64,000 nucleotides of DNA. Source: Patescibacteria group bacterium. GTDB taxonomy: Bacteria; Patescibacteriota; Patescibacteriia; UBA1558; GWA2-36-10. Below the pieces are notes generated by a model. It did no database searches and was not told the DNA's origin. It worked only from the letters and a program-made list of their open reading frames with translations. The first letter of the stretch is position 1. Each line of letters starts with the position of its first letter. The stretch spans positions 3,222-67,221 of the forward strand of contig JBAYIQ010000003.1 of NCBI GenBank assembly GCA_041665545.1, in the 5' to 3' direction. Position numbers and translations under genes: made by a program. Positions 47,072 to 57,068 of this stretch are shown here, piece by piece.

Positions 47072-48614
47072 CGAAAAGTACAAAGATTTGTATTTGTCCA
47101 CTACCCAAGCCAAGCTCAAAGAAATGGCCGATGTTTTGCTTTTGTTAGAAAAAAATCCTAAAAATCAAGAGTATTTAAAAACTTTATTTATCAGTTTGCA
47201 TGCCATGAAGGGCTCGGCGGCCACCATGGGTTACAAAGGCACTATTGTTTATTTACATCAGGTAGAGTCCGTGATTCAAGCTATGATTAATGGCACTTTG
47301 CCAGTTGGCAAAGATAATTTGGATCTTATTTTTAGAGCTTGTGATACCTTGCAGGCCAATTTGCAAAACATAAATCATCATAGCCAAGAACTTGATTTTC
47401 AGACATTTATTGCTGAACTAGAAAAAATATTAAAATCTCCTGTAAAAATAAAAAAAACAGATAAGACTGTAAGCAAGCAAGAGCCAGTTGATTTGGTGGC
47501 TCCCCATGAAAACACAGAGATGATTGTGGCTGCCAAACAGCTTGATAAGATACAAAATATACTCGATGATTTGTTGGTAAATATCATGGGTATCAAGGGG
47601 GCGGCTGTCAAAAGTGGCCAGAGCCAAATTTTGTCCAGCACCATGACGGCGGATACCTTGGCCAACAACTTACGGCGCGAACTAGAAAGGATGCGCATCG
47701 TGCCTTTGGAGCAGGTGTTTTCCAATCTGCCTTATTTGGTGCGCTCTATAGCTCATGATGAGCGCAAAAATGTCAATTTAGTCATTGAACACAATAATAT
47801 ATCGCTTGATAAATCAATTTTGGATGAGTTGGTAGAAATTATCGTGCAGTTGATCAAGAATTCGGTTGTTCATGGTATCAAATCCAAGCCATCAGCCGGG
47901 CAAATATTATTGAGCGCCAATATAGAATCTGATGAGCTAGTGGTGACGGTCAGTGATAATGGCCGAGGCATTGATTGGTCAAAAGTTCTGGCTCTAGCTG
48001 TCAATAAACGCGTCATCAGTGTCGAGGAAAGTCGTAAAATAAAATTGTCTGATATTCCTAGCCTGCTTTTTCATACTGGCATGTCCAGCAAAAAAAACAT
48101 GGATATTCATGCTGGCCGAGGAGTGGGTTTGAGCGTGGTCAAAGATCGCTTGAAAAAATTAAACGGCCAGGTGGAAGTAGTCAGCGCCCTAAACAAAGGC
48201 ACCAAGTTTATTTTGCATTTGCCTTTACCTTTATCAATTTTTCGCAGTATTGCCTGGCAAGTAGGCGATTGGCCAATGGCTATACCACTGTCTTATGTTG
48301 AGCGGGTGATCAAACTGCCGGAAGTAAAGGATGTCAGCAATGATAAATATTTTGTTTATAATAAAAAAAAGATAAAATTGCTAAACTTAAGATCAATATT
48401 GCCGCTAGATATCAAAGCGCCAGCTAAATATATTTTATTTTTGAATATCCAAAAAAATATTTTTGCTTTACCAATATCCAGTAATATCAAAGAAAGTGAA
48501 TTAGTAATGAAAAAAAATCCTTCTATTATGAAGCTCTTGCCAAAATTTAGGGGCCTAGCAATTTCTTCTTCTGGTAAAGTCAACTTGATTTTAGATATTA
48601 ATAATTTGCTATAG
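47064..48614 (+). CDS. cheA: CheA-like histidine kinase
   Basis: 516 aa. HPt domain with phospho-His motif LHAMKGSAATMGYKG (His codon 47199-47201), dimerisation helix, HATPase_c (VVTVSDNGRGIDWSKV; GRGVGLSVVKDRLKKLNGQVEVVS) and C-terminal CheW-like domain. Confidence 0.7.
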   Translation: MFSEKYKDLYLSTTQAKLKEMADVLLLLEKNPKNQEYLKTLFISLHAMKGSAATMGYKGTIVYLHQVESVIQAMINGTLPVGKDNLDLIFRACDTLQANLQNINHHSQELDFQTFIAELEKILKSPVKIKKTDKTVSKQEPVDLVAPHENTEMIVAAKQLDKIQNILDDLLVNIMGIKGAAVKSGQSQILSSTMTADTLANNLRRELERMRIVPLEQVFSNLPYLVRSIAHDERKNVNLVIEHNNISLDKSILDELVEIIVQLIKNSVVHGIKSKPSAGQILLSANIESDELVVTVSDNGRGIDWSKVLALAVNKRVISVEESRKIKLSDIPSLLFHTGMSSKKNMDIHAGRGVGLSVVKDRLKKLNGQVEVVSALNKGTKFILHLPLPLSIFRSIAWQVGDWPMAIPLSYVERVIKLPEVKDVSNDKYFVYNKKKIKLLNLRSILPLDIKAPAKYILFLNIQKNIFALPISSNIKESELVMKKNPSIMKLLPKFRGLAISSSGKVNLILDINNLL

Positions 48615-48616
48615 CT

Positions 48617-49033
48617 ATGCCAAATCCAAAGATACTATTTGTGGATGATGACAATTTTTTGCGCAAGGTCTATGAAGCCGAATTGAAGGAAAAGAATTTT
48701 GAGGTTGTTCTAGCGTCTGATGGCGAAGAGGGTTTGGAAAAAGCCCAACTGGAAGATCCCGATTTGATAATTTTGGACATGATCATGCCCAAGAAAAGCG
48801 GTTTTGAAGTGTTGACCGAATTACAACGCAATCCAAAAACCAGAAACATTCCGGTGATTATTTTATCCAATCTTGGTCAGGAAGACGACAAGAAAAAGGG
48901 AATTGATTTGGGGGCAGTTGATTATTTGATTAAGGACAATATAACTCTCGGCATACTGGTTGATAAAATAAATCAGTATTTAAACTCGCGTACGCAGAGC
49001 AAACAAGCCAAAATTAATTCAGTAAAAATATAA
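48617..49033 (+). CDS. cheY: CheY-like single-domain response regulator
   Basis: 138 aa. KILFVDDDNFLRKVYE...DLIILDMIMPKKSGFEVL...LSNLGQEDDKKKGIDLGAVDYLIK. Acidic pocket, phospho-acceptor Asp and conserved Lys present. No output domain. Confidence 0.7.
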   Translation: MPNPKILFVDDDNFLRKVYEAELKEKNFEVVLASDGEEGLEKAQLEDPDLIILDMIMPKKSGFEVLTELQRNPKTRNIPVIILSNLGQEDDKKKGIDLGAVDYLIKDNITLGILVDKINQYLNSRTQSKQAKINSVKI

Positions 49034-49036
49034 GCC

Positions 49037-50722
49037 ATGGCCATAGTTACTGATGAAAAAGTTTATCAAATTATTAATAAATACGGTTTGATTAAGCCTG
49101 ATGTTTTGGATACGGCCTTAAAAACCGCTCAGGCCCAAAAATTGGATTTTGTTAGTTTTTTGATTGATCAGGAATTGATAAAAGCCCTGGAAATTGGCCA
49201 GCTGATTGCTAATAATTTACACGTCAAATATGTAAATTTGGCTAAGGAAAATATAAAAGCCGAAATTCTGACGCAATTGCCAGAAATTGTGGCTCGTAAG
49301 CAGAAGATGCTTATTTTTAAGCGTGATGCTGAAGGCACTCATGTAGCCATGGCCGATCCTTTTGACTACCCAATGGTCAAGGCCTTGGAGAAAAAATTGG
49401 GTGACAAAGTAATTCCTTATTATTCTACGGAGCATGAGCTAGAAGAAGGATTACGTTTGTACAAAAAAAGTATACAGACTGAATATGTCAGTAATATCCA
49501 AAAAAATGCCATCAAGGCCCAAGGGGCTTCCAAGGAGGATGTTTCGGTCATTAGATTGGTTGATGATATTATCAATTACGGTTTTATGAATCATGCTTCG
49601 GATATTCATATTGAACCAACAGAAAAAGAAATTGTGATTAGATTCCGAATTGATGGCTTGCTTTATGACATCATGAATTTGCCAAAAAACATTTTGGACA
49701 TGATTGTCACTAGAGTCAAGATTTTGGCCAAGTTGCGCACTGATGAAACCAGAGCTTCGCAAGATGGAAAAATAATGACGGAGGTAGAGGGCAGTAAGCT
49801 AGATGTCAGAGTTTCAGTTTTGCCCATCGTGCATGGTGAAAAAATAGTTATGCGTCTTTTGTCTTCCCAGGGAAAATATTTTACTTTGGAAGAATTAGGT
49901 ATGAATGAAAAGGATTTAACAGCGATCAATGAAGCAATTAGTAAGCCCTATGGCATGGTCTTGTCCACTGGTCCGACTGGTTCTGGTAAAACTACCACCT
50001 TATATTCACTAATAAAAATACTTAACAAACGCGATATAAACATCTGTACTATTGAGGATCCAGTAGAGTATAGTTTGGATGGTGTCAATCAAGTGCAGGT
50101 CAATCCCGCCACTAATTTGACTTTTGCGGCTGGCTTGCGTTCCTTGCTTAGACAAGATCCAGACATTATAATGGTTGGTGAAATTCGCGACAATGAAACA
50201 GCTGGTATTGCCATCAACTCGGCCATGACCGGTCATTTGGTTTTGTCTACCTTACACACCAATGACGCCGCCACAGCCCTACCCAGGTTCCTTGATATGC
50301 AGATTGAGCCATTTTTGGTGGCCTCGACTGTTAATATTATCATTGGGCAAAGATTGATCAGGAAAATTTGTATGAAATGCATTTATAGCTATACACTTTC
50401 AGCTCAAGAAATTGCCGATATAAAAAGAGAAATCAATATTGATAAATTTGTCAACACTGCCCAAGTCAAAGAAATTCGTCTGTATCGCGGCAAAGGATGT
50501 GATGCCTGCAACCACACCGGCTATACTGGTCGTATTGGTATTTTTGAAGTTTTAAAAATTGAAGAAAATATCAGAGAGTTGATTGTAGCCAGAGCTGATT
50601 CTGATCAACTAAGTAAAGTAGCCATTAGCAATGGCATGACTACCATGCTGGAAGACGGTTTCACCAAAGCTTTTTCTGGCAAAACAACTATTGAGGAAAT
50701 ATTTAGAGTGACCAAACAATAA
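49037..50722 (+). CDS. pilB: type IV pilus assembly ATPase PilB/GspE family
   Basis: 561 aa. N-terminal T2SSE_N-like domain. Walker A GPTGSGKTT. MVGEIRD Asp box. Tetracysteine CMKC...CDACNHTGYTGRIGIFE. Confidence 0.8.
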   Translation: MAIVTDEKVYQIINKYGLIKPDVLDTALKTAQAQKLDFVSFLIDQELIKALEIGQLIANNLHVKYVNLAKENIKAEILTQLPEIVARKQKMLIFKRDAEGTHVAMADPFDYPMVKALEKKLGDKVIPYYSTEHELEEGLRLYKKSIQTEYVSNIQKNAIKAQGASKEDVSVIRLVDDIINYGFMNHASDIHIEPTEKEIVIRFRIDGLLYDIMNLPKNILDMIVTRVKILAKLRTDETRASQDGKIMTEVEGSKLDVRVSVLPIVHGEKIVMRLLSSQGKYFTLEELGMNEKDLTAINEAISKPYGMVLSTGPTGSGKTTTLYSLIKILNKRDINICTIEDPVEYSLDGVNQVQVNPATNLTFAAGLRSLLRQDPDIIMVGEIRDNETAGIAINSAMTGHLVLSTLHTNDAATALPRFLDMQIEPFLVASTVNIIIGQRLIRKICMKCIYSYTLSAQEIADIKREINIDKFVNTAQVKEIRLYRGKGCDACNHTGYTGRIGIFEVLKIEENIRELIVARADSDQLSKVAISNGMTTMLEDGFTKAFSGKTTIEEIFRVTKQ

Positions 50723-50724
50723 AT

Positions 50725-51939
50725 ATGCAGTTTAATTATAAATTAACTGATAACAAAGGAAAAATTAGCAAAGGCAAATTAGAAGCTGCTAATATTCAGG
50801 AAGCTCGCAATCGCTTGGCTTTGCAAGAGGGGACTTTGGTTTCTTTGGAACAGCGCGGTCAAGAAAAAGAAGGTGCTTTAAAGAAGCAGTTTATTATTGG
50901 CAATATGCGCTTGGTAGATCGAGTCATGATGTCCAAGCATTTGTCAGTCATGATAAAATCTGGCATGTCTATTGATAGTGCTTTGGAAGTCTTAGGCGAT
51001 GGTTCTTCGCCCCTGATTCGTGATCGTATGATTGGCCTACTCAATGAAGTGCGCAAGGGTAATTCTTTTGCTAATGCTTTAAAAAAATATCCCAAAGATT
51101 TTAATAAATTGTTTGTCAACATGGTGGCGGTCGGGGAGTCATCAGGCACTTTGGCCAAAAATTTGGAAATTTTGGCTGTTCAGCAACACAAAACTTATGA
51201 GTTGCGCAGTAAGATAAAAGCCGCTTCAATTTATCCCATAATAGTTTTGATTGCGGTCTTGGGCTTGATGACCATGGTGTCCACGCTGGTTTTGCCAAAA
51301 CTCAAAACTTTTTTTACGGCCTTAGGTGATAATATGCCGCCCTTAACTAGATTTTTGCAGGCGGCTTCTAGTTTCTTAAGTAGCTATTGGTGGCTAATTA
51401 TTGCCTGTGTTGTTGGTATCACTGTGCTAGCCCAAGTGCTAGAGCGTTTTTATAACACTCGTCTTTGGCTACACTATTTTTATTTAAAAATACCAATAGT
51501 CGGGCACATTATTCGTCAAATGAATCTAGCTTTGTATTGTCGGACCATGGCTTCATTATTGAATAGTGGCATCACGATTGACCAGTCGTTAAAAATTGTT
51601 TCTGATACTTTGACCAACGCCGTTTATCGCGAACAATTACTCATTGTTTATCACAATATTTTGAAAGGTAATGCTCTGTCTGATGCCATGGCTAATCGCC
51701 ATTATTTTCCGCCAATGCTTTTTCGTATGATCAAAGTTGGAGAAAATTCTGGCAACTTAAGCGAAGTGCTGGACTACTTGGCTGATTTTTATGAGGAAGG
51801 TGTTGACAATGCTGCTAAAAATTTTTCAAGCACCTTAGAGCCGGTATTGTTGATTATGATTGGTTTGACAGTTGGTGTGGTGGCTCTTGGTATTATCCAA
51901 CCAATATTTAAGTTAATGGAATTGTCTGGGGGTCAATAA
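50725..51939 (+). CDS. pilC: type IV pilus platform protein PilC/GspF family
   Basis: 404 aa. Two T2SSF repeats, three TM segments, typical GspF-family layout (…LLNSGITIDQSLKIVSDT…). Confidence 0.75.
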   Translation: MQFNYKLTDNKGKISKGKLEAANIQEARNRLALQEGTLVSLEQRGQEKEGALKKQFIIGNMRLVDRVMMSKHLSVMIKSGMSIDSALEVLGDGSSPLIRDRMIGLLNEVRKGNSFANALKKYPKDFNKLFVNMVAVGESSGTLAKNLEILAVQQHKTYELRSKIKAASIYPIIVLIAVLGLMTMVSTLVLPKLKTFFTALGDNMPPLTRFLQAASSFLSSYWWLIIACVVGITVLAQVLERFYNTRLWLHYFYLKIPIVGHIIRQMNLALYCRTMASLLNSGITIDQSLKIVSDTLTNAVYREQLLIVYHNILKGNALSDAMANRHYFPPMLFRMIKVGENSGNLSEVLDYLADFYEEGVDNAAKNFSSTLEPVLLIMIGLTVGVVALGIIQPIFKLMELSGGQ

Positions 51940-51973
51940 TATTTCAAAAAAATAATTTACCCCATTAGAGAAG

Positions 51974-52549
51974 TTGATTAATTTTAATTTGAATTTTCCA
52001 GTGAACAAAAGTATAAAAAAATTATTTATTGTTGAAAATAACGACTTTGATTTTTCTAGGGCTGGTTTTACTTTGCTTGAGGTTTTGTTGGTTATAGCAA
52101 TTATGCTGATTTTATTATCCTCAAGTGCCTCACTCTTGGGTAGTCGTACTCAAGAAAAGGGTTTGGATGCTAGCGCCCGAGCAGTAGTGGAACATATTAG
52201 TAAAGCTAGGAATTACGCGGCTACTGGTTATTTTTCTGATGCTTGGGGTGTAAAAATACTGGACAACAATTCAGCCTGTTTCAATAGCGGAGATTGCGTG
52301 GTAGTTTTTAAGGGTAAAAATTATACTACCCGTGATAGCGTTTATGATAGTATTTTTGATTTAAAAAATGGCGTTTCGTTATCTAGCAATCAACAAAACG
52401 AATTTTATTTTTCCCAAGTAGCTGGTTGGCTGAGTACTACGACAGTTGCTTATGAAATGACCGAACAGCGAATAATTTTGGTCAATACGGTTAGTCAACA
52501 AAAAATAGTCAGCACCACACCGGCTGGCTTAGTTTATTATGGCGATTAA
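51974..52549 (+). CDS. prepilin-type N-terminal cleavage/methylation domain protein (minor pilin/pseudopilin)
   Basis: 191 aa. Class III signal ...SRAG|FTLLEVLLVIAIMLIL (Gly -1, Phe +1, Glu +5) preceded by an unusually long 32-aa leader. True start may be an internal non-ATG codon. Confidence 0.6.
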   Translation: MINFNLNFPVNKSIKKLFIVENNDFDFSRAGFTLLEVLLVIAIMLILLSSSASLLGSRTQEKGLDASARAVVEHISKARNYAATGYFSDAWGVKILDNNSACFNSGDCVVVFKGKNYTTRDSVYDSIFDLKNGVSLSSNQQNEFYFSQVAGWLSTTTVAYEMTEQRIILVNTVSQQKIVSTTPAGLVYYGD

Positions 52550-52552
52550 GTT

Positions 52553-55500
52553 ATGCCAAAAAGAATTAAAATAAAAATTTTAAAAAAATTGTCGGGCTTT
52601 TCTCTGGTAGAATTAATAGTGGCTATTGGCATTTTTTCTATTTTAGCTTCGGGCGTGGTTTATGTTTTTGTCACCTCTTACAAAAATTTTTTTGGTGTTG
52701 GCGATAAACAAGTCGTAGTCCAGTTTGCCCAAGAAGGTATGGAAGCGGCGCGTAGCATCAGAGATAATGGCTGGCAAACTATAGTAGAAAATGCCGATGG
52801 TGATCCCAAGGGCGTGCAAAAAACCAATGGCCTTTGGCAGTTTAGTGGCGTTGATAATACTTTAGGTGATTTGACTAGAGTGATAGTAGTCAGCGCTGTC
52901 GAGCGCAATAGTACTGGTTCTATCGTAGATTCAGGTGGTACTGATGACCCAGATACAAAAAAAGTTACGGTCACTGTATCTGGCACAGGCATAGCCGATT
53001 ATGTTTTGGTTACTTATTTTACCAATTGGTCAGCCAAAACTTGGGAGCAGTCTGACTGGTCTGGCACTGGCTCAAATGAGTTCTGGGCGAGTATGATTAC
53101 GGCTTCATCTTCCTATAGTGATATAAGCACCACTACTGCTGGTCAACTGACTCTTACTTCGCGATCTGGCACTTCTATGAGTTGGAATGCTTGGGCTGAT
53201 CTAGAGCCAGACACAACCACCAACTATATTGCTTATCGTGATGCCTATGATATTCATATGTCAAGCGACAACAACAGCATGTATGTTGTGGGCACAACAA
53301 ATCATCAATTATTAAAATATGATATTTCTAAGGCCTATGCTGGTATTGTGTCCATCCAATTAAAAAAAGTATTGCCTTGGCACATGAGTCAAATGGTTTT
53401 AAATCCCAATGGTAATTATGCCTACCTTGGTCGTAGGGCGCATGCTTATGGTGTTGGCGCGGTTTGTGTGGCCGATTTGACCAATACTAATACTATTGTC
53501 TCGGGAGATTGTGTGAATGTTACATCGGCTTACACAGGTGTTTTTATTATGGATATGGTGGTTACGGCGGCTGGTGATTGGTTATACATGTTTGATAATC
53601 AGGGCTATGCTTATTCTTTTGCTATATCAAATGGAGGTGCCACCTTGACTCTGGTTAATGATGCTCAGCTTATAGCGTCAGCTGGAGGTAATAGTATCAA
53701 TGGTGTTTATTTGGATGAATCGGGGGCTAGTCCATATATTTATATAGTGAGTGATGATAATTCTGGGGAATTTAGGAAAATGGGGGTCAATGTTGGCTTT
53801 TATTTTAGTTCTACTTCTACCTCCGCTTATGTTGATAGCACCTATACTACTGATATTACTAGCCTAAAATTTTTAGAAGCAGTGTCTAGTAAGAATAGAT
53901 TTATTTTTGGCACAGAAAATTCTTCAGCTGAATTATTGATAGTCGAAGATCAGGGGAGCTCTTTGACACAATTGGGTAGCTATAATTTATCAACTAGTCA
54001 AAGTTCGGCGGTAGTTGATTATGACGGAGCTAATACGGCTTTTATTTATTATTATAGTCCGGCTGGGTTGTATACGGTAGATATAACCAATAGATCCAAT
54101 CCAATTGACGGCGGTTTAGTAAAAAGTTTTGCTCGCCGAGCAAATGACTATCCTTATTCTGGCTTGGCTTATAGTTCAACAGCGCATGGTTTGTTTTTAT
54201 TGGAACACAATACTACCGATAATACGGTTAATTTATATTATGTAGGAAAACCACTGACCAGAGCTACAGGCGGTACTTATAATTATAAACGAAAGATTAC
54301 TTTGGGTCTTACTGATAAAGTTTCTGCTGGGCCACACACTGATTTTCCAGTAGTGATTTCGGAAACTCAAGATTATCTAAAGTCAGTGGCCAATGGGGGC
54401 AAAGTGGAAAGCGCTAATGGCTATGATATTATTTTTACTTCTGATGTGGATGGCAACACGCTCCTGGATCACGAAGTAGAGTATTATGATCCGGTTACTG
54501 GTGAATTTACGGCCTGGGTAAAAATTCCTTCACTAGCCAGCAACACAGAAATTTATATGTTTTATGGCAATACCAGCGTTACTGCTAGTCAGGAAGATGT
54601 GTCTGGTGTTTGGAGTAATAGCTATCAAATTGTCAATCACATGGTTGATGATTCAACAACTGGCACAAAAACAAGTATTTATGGGGGCAATTCGGCCTAT
54701 AAGAATGGCGTCAACTCTCCTATTCAGTCCACTGGTAAAATTGGACGCGGTCAAGCTTTTGATGGCGACAAGATCACTACGCCCTATGATTGGATTACTA
54801 TAGATAATTCGCCAAATAAGATACAAGGTACCAGTGATTTTACAGTAGAGTTTTGGATCAATCCATCTTCTACTTATACTATTGCCAATGAAGCACCGGT
54901 TTATTTTGGTTGTGGAGATCTGGGTAAGCAAGATGGTTGGATGTTTGCTTATGATCCTGCTAGCACTAAAAGACTGCGTTTTGCCATGGGCGACAATAAT
55001 GTTACTAATTTAAGTGGTTTATATACGACCGCTTTGACTAGTGATATTTGGACCCATGTGGCCTTGACTGTAGATAGAGATCTTGGTTATCAAGCGTATA
55101 TAAATAGCAATACAGATAGTAGTTGTTTAGTTGCTCCGTGTAATGATACTATTGCTTATTCAATTGGAGAAGTATATTCCGGATATCTTGGTAGATGGTG
55201 GTCAGCTACGGATTATTTTTTTAAGGGTGATTTGGATGAGTTTAGAGTATCTTTGACCAAGCGTGCTCAGGGCTGGATTACCACTGGCTATAATAACATG
55301 AATGCCACTTCTACTTTTTATAGTATTGACACAGAGAGCATAGCCAACGGCTATGAGCCCTCGGGTTATATTTATTCTTCCATTTATGATCTTGGTTCTA
55401 CTGACAAAGTATTGACTAGTTTGAATGTTAATCAAAATGTGCCAAGTGGTTGCTCACTGTCAGTAACTTTGGAAGGATCCAATGATGCTTCATTTGCTAC

Positions 55501-55666
55501 TTATACCAGCAAAGAAGTGACTGATAATAGTGTAGCTAATTTTACCACTAGCACTCCGGCTACTCTGAATAATTTTAGATATGTAAGATATCGCTTGGCT
55601 CTTACATCCTGCAATAATAATACGCAAACTTCCACTTTATATTCTTTGCGTTTAAATTTTCGTTAA
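52553..55666 (+). CDS. giant prepilin-type protein with DUF2341 and concanavalin-A-like (LamG) domains (candidate pilus-tip adhesin)
   Basis: 1037 aa. N-terminal LSG|FSLVELIVAIGIFSILASGVV prepilin motif. Central YKRKITLGL...DFPVVISE...DIIFTSDVDGNTLLDHEVEYYDPVTGEFTAWVKIPSL...IYMFYGN matches the DUF2341 pattern. C-terminal LamG-type motif GDLDEFRVSLTKRAQGW. Confidence 0.6.
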   Translation: MPKRIKIKILKKLSGFSLVELIVAIGIFSILASGVVYVFVTSYKNFFGVGDKQVVVQFAQEGMEAARSIRDNGWQTIVENADGDPKGVQKTNGLWQFSGVDNTLGDLTRVIVVSAVERNSTGSIVDSGGTDDPDTKKVTVTVSGTGIADYVLVTYFTNWSAKTWEQSDWSGTGSNEFWASMITASSSYSDISTTTAGQLTLTSRSGTSMSWNAWADLEPDTTTNYIAYRDAYDIHMSSDNNSMYVVGTTNHQLLKYDISKAYAGIVSIQLKKVLPWHMSQMVLNPNGNYAYLGRRAHAYGVGAVCVADLTNTNTIVSGDCVNVTSAYTGVFIMDMVVTAAGDWLYMFDNQGYAYSFAISNGGATLTLVNDAQLIASAGGNSINGVYLDESGASPYIYIVSDDNSGEFRKMGVNVGFYFSSTSTSAYVDSTYTTDITSLKFLEAVSSKNRFIFGTENSSAELLIVEDQGSSLTQLGSYNLSTSQSSAVVDYDGANTAFIYYYSPAGLYTVDITNRSNPIDGGLVKSFARRANDYPYSGLAYSSTAHGLFLLEHNTTDNTVNLYYVGKPLTRATGGTYNYKRKITLGLTDKVSAGPHTDFPVVISETQDYLKSVANGGKVESANGYDIIFTSDVDGNTLLDHEVEYYDPVTGEFTAWVKIPSLASNTEIYMFYGNTSVTASQEDVSGVWSNSYQIVNHMVDDSTTGTKTSIYGGNSAYKNGVNSPIQSTGKIGRGQAFDGDKITTPYDWITIDNSPNKIQGTSDFTVEFWINPSSTYTIANEAPVYFGCGDLGKQDGWMFAYDPASTKRLRFAMGDNNVTNLSGLYTTALTSDIWTHVALTVDRDLGYQAYINSNTDSSCLVAPCNDTIAYSIGEVYSGYLGRWWSATDYFFKGDLDEFRVSLTKRAQGWITTGYNNMNATSTFYSIDTESIANGYEPSGYIYSSIYDLGSTDKVLTSLNVNQNVPSGCSLSVTLEGSNDASFATYTSKEVTDNSVANFTTSTPATLNNFRYVRYRLALTSCNNNTQTSTLYSLRLNFR

Positions 55667-57067
55667 ATGAAATTTGTTAAATCAAAATCAGCTGCCGGGT
55701 TTACCAAGTTAGAGAAATTAGTTAATTTTAATTTTTATTTAAAAGTGGAAAAATTTAGCAAAAAAATATTTAATTTTAAAAATAAGAATTTAGGTGTTTC
55801 TCTAACTGGGTTCACTCTATTGGAGGCTATAATTTATCTAGCTATAGTTGGCATTATCATCTCAGCGGTAGTTGATTTTGCAATTACTATGGGCAACACC
55901 ACGGCCAAGATGAGTGCCAATATTGATGCTTCGCGCAATCGTCGCTTTGCTTTGACCACGGTCAATTATTTGATTAGAAATGCTGATGGACTATTGAAAG
56001 ATGTTAATGGTGATTGTTCCAATTTGAGTGTCAATCCGCCAATACTAGCTTTGTATTTTGATAATGATAATTATCTGCCGGGTACCTGTGTCGAAAAAGG
56101 CGGAGGAGTAAAAATTACAGTTGTTAATAACAGGTTGAAGCTGACTTGTTACCCCAACATTACTAACAACGGCCAATATAACGCTTGCGCGGCTACGGCT
56201 GATGCCACTTATTTTTTGACTGGTCCGGAAGTGCTAGTCACTAATAATAATTTAGACTTTACAACTAGCACAGCTTCTACAACAGCCAATAGCTATAGCA
56301 CAGTCACCACGCACCTGAAAGCTACCTTGCCCTCGGCTGACCAAATAAGCTTACGCGCTAGCTCGGAAGCAACCAGTACGGCTGTGATGCGCAATGAACA
56401 ACCCAATGGTCTTATTTCTTGGTACAAATTTGATGATTTAGTTACCACGGCATCAGTAGACAATGTCAATGGCAATACCCTGACTTGCGATGGTTCGCCA
56501 GCTATTGGACCAGTTACACCGGGCCTAGTTACTGGTTCTACGGGATCCTTTGATTTTGAATTCAGTAATAGCAATTCATGTTATACTAGTTCTGATCCAG
56601 CTAATCTGAATTTTAACAATGCCTTTACTTTGGCGGCTTGGATCAAGCCAGAATCTCTGGGCGACAATTATCGAATTATTGACAAAGGTGACGGGGCTAG
56701 TAATTATAAGGGCTATGAAATGTGGGTTAATGCTGATGGCACATTGAATTGCCGCGTCTACAATGGCACGACCGATCAGACCATCAGCTCAGTTTCCGGC
56801 GATATAGTGGCTGGCAATACCTATCACGTAGCTTGCGTTTATGATAGAGTGGCTGGTATTTTCCAAGTTCATGTTTATAAAAAAGCCGTTGGTGGAGTGT
56901 CAACTTCCACCTCACCCACAACAGTAAATTATTTAGTAAATTTTAGTCAGGTTTTTCAAGTTAGTAAAAATGCTTATTTTGATGGGGTTATTGATGAACT
57001 AAGAGCATATAATCGTGCTTTATCAAATTCAGAGGTTTGGGCTCTACAATCCCAAGGAGCAAATTAA
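55667..57067 (+). CDS. prepilin-type protein with C-terminal LamG/concanavalin-A-like lectin domain
   Basis: 466 aa. LTG|FTLLEAIIYLAIVGIIISAVV prepilin motif after a long leader (an earlier degenerate GFTKLE motif also present). C-terminal GVIDELRAYNRALSNSEVWALQS is a classic LamG_3 signature. Confidence 0.6.
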   Translation: MKFVKSKSAAGFTKLEKLVNFNFYLKVEKFSKKIFNFKNKNLGVSLTGFTLLEAIIYLAIVGIIISAVVDFAITMGNTTAKMSANIDASRNRRFALTTVNYLIRNADGLLKDVNGDCSNLSVNPPILALYFDNDNYLPGTCVEKGGGVKITVVNNRLKLTCYPNITNNGQYNACAATADATYFLTGPEVLVTNNNLDFTTSTASTTANSYSTVTTHLKATLPSADQISLRASSEATSTAVMRNEQPNGLISWYKFDDLVTTASVDNVNGNTLTCDGSPAIGPVTPGLVTGSTGSFDFEFSNSNSCYTSSDPANLNFNNAFTLAAWIKPESLGDNYRIIDKGDGASNYKGYEMWVNADGTLNCRVYNGTTDQTISSVSGDIVAGNTYHVACVYDRVAGIFQVHVYKKAVGGVSTSTSPTTVNYLVNFSQVFQVSKNAYFDGVIDELRAYNRALSNSEVWALQSQGAN

Positions 57068-57068
57068 T

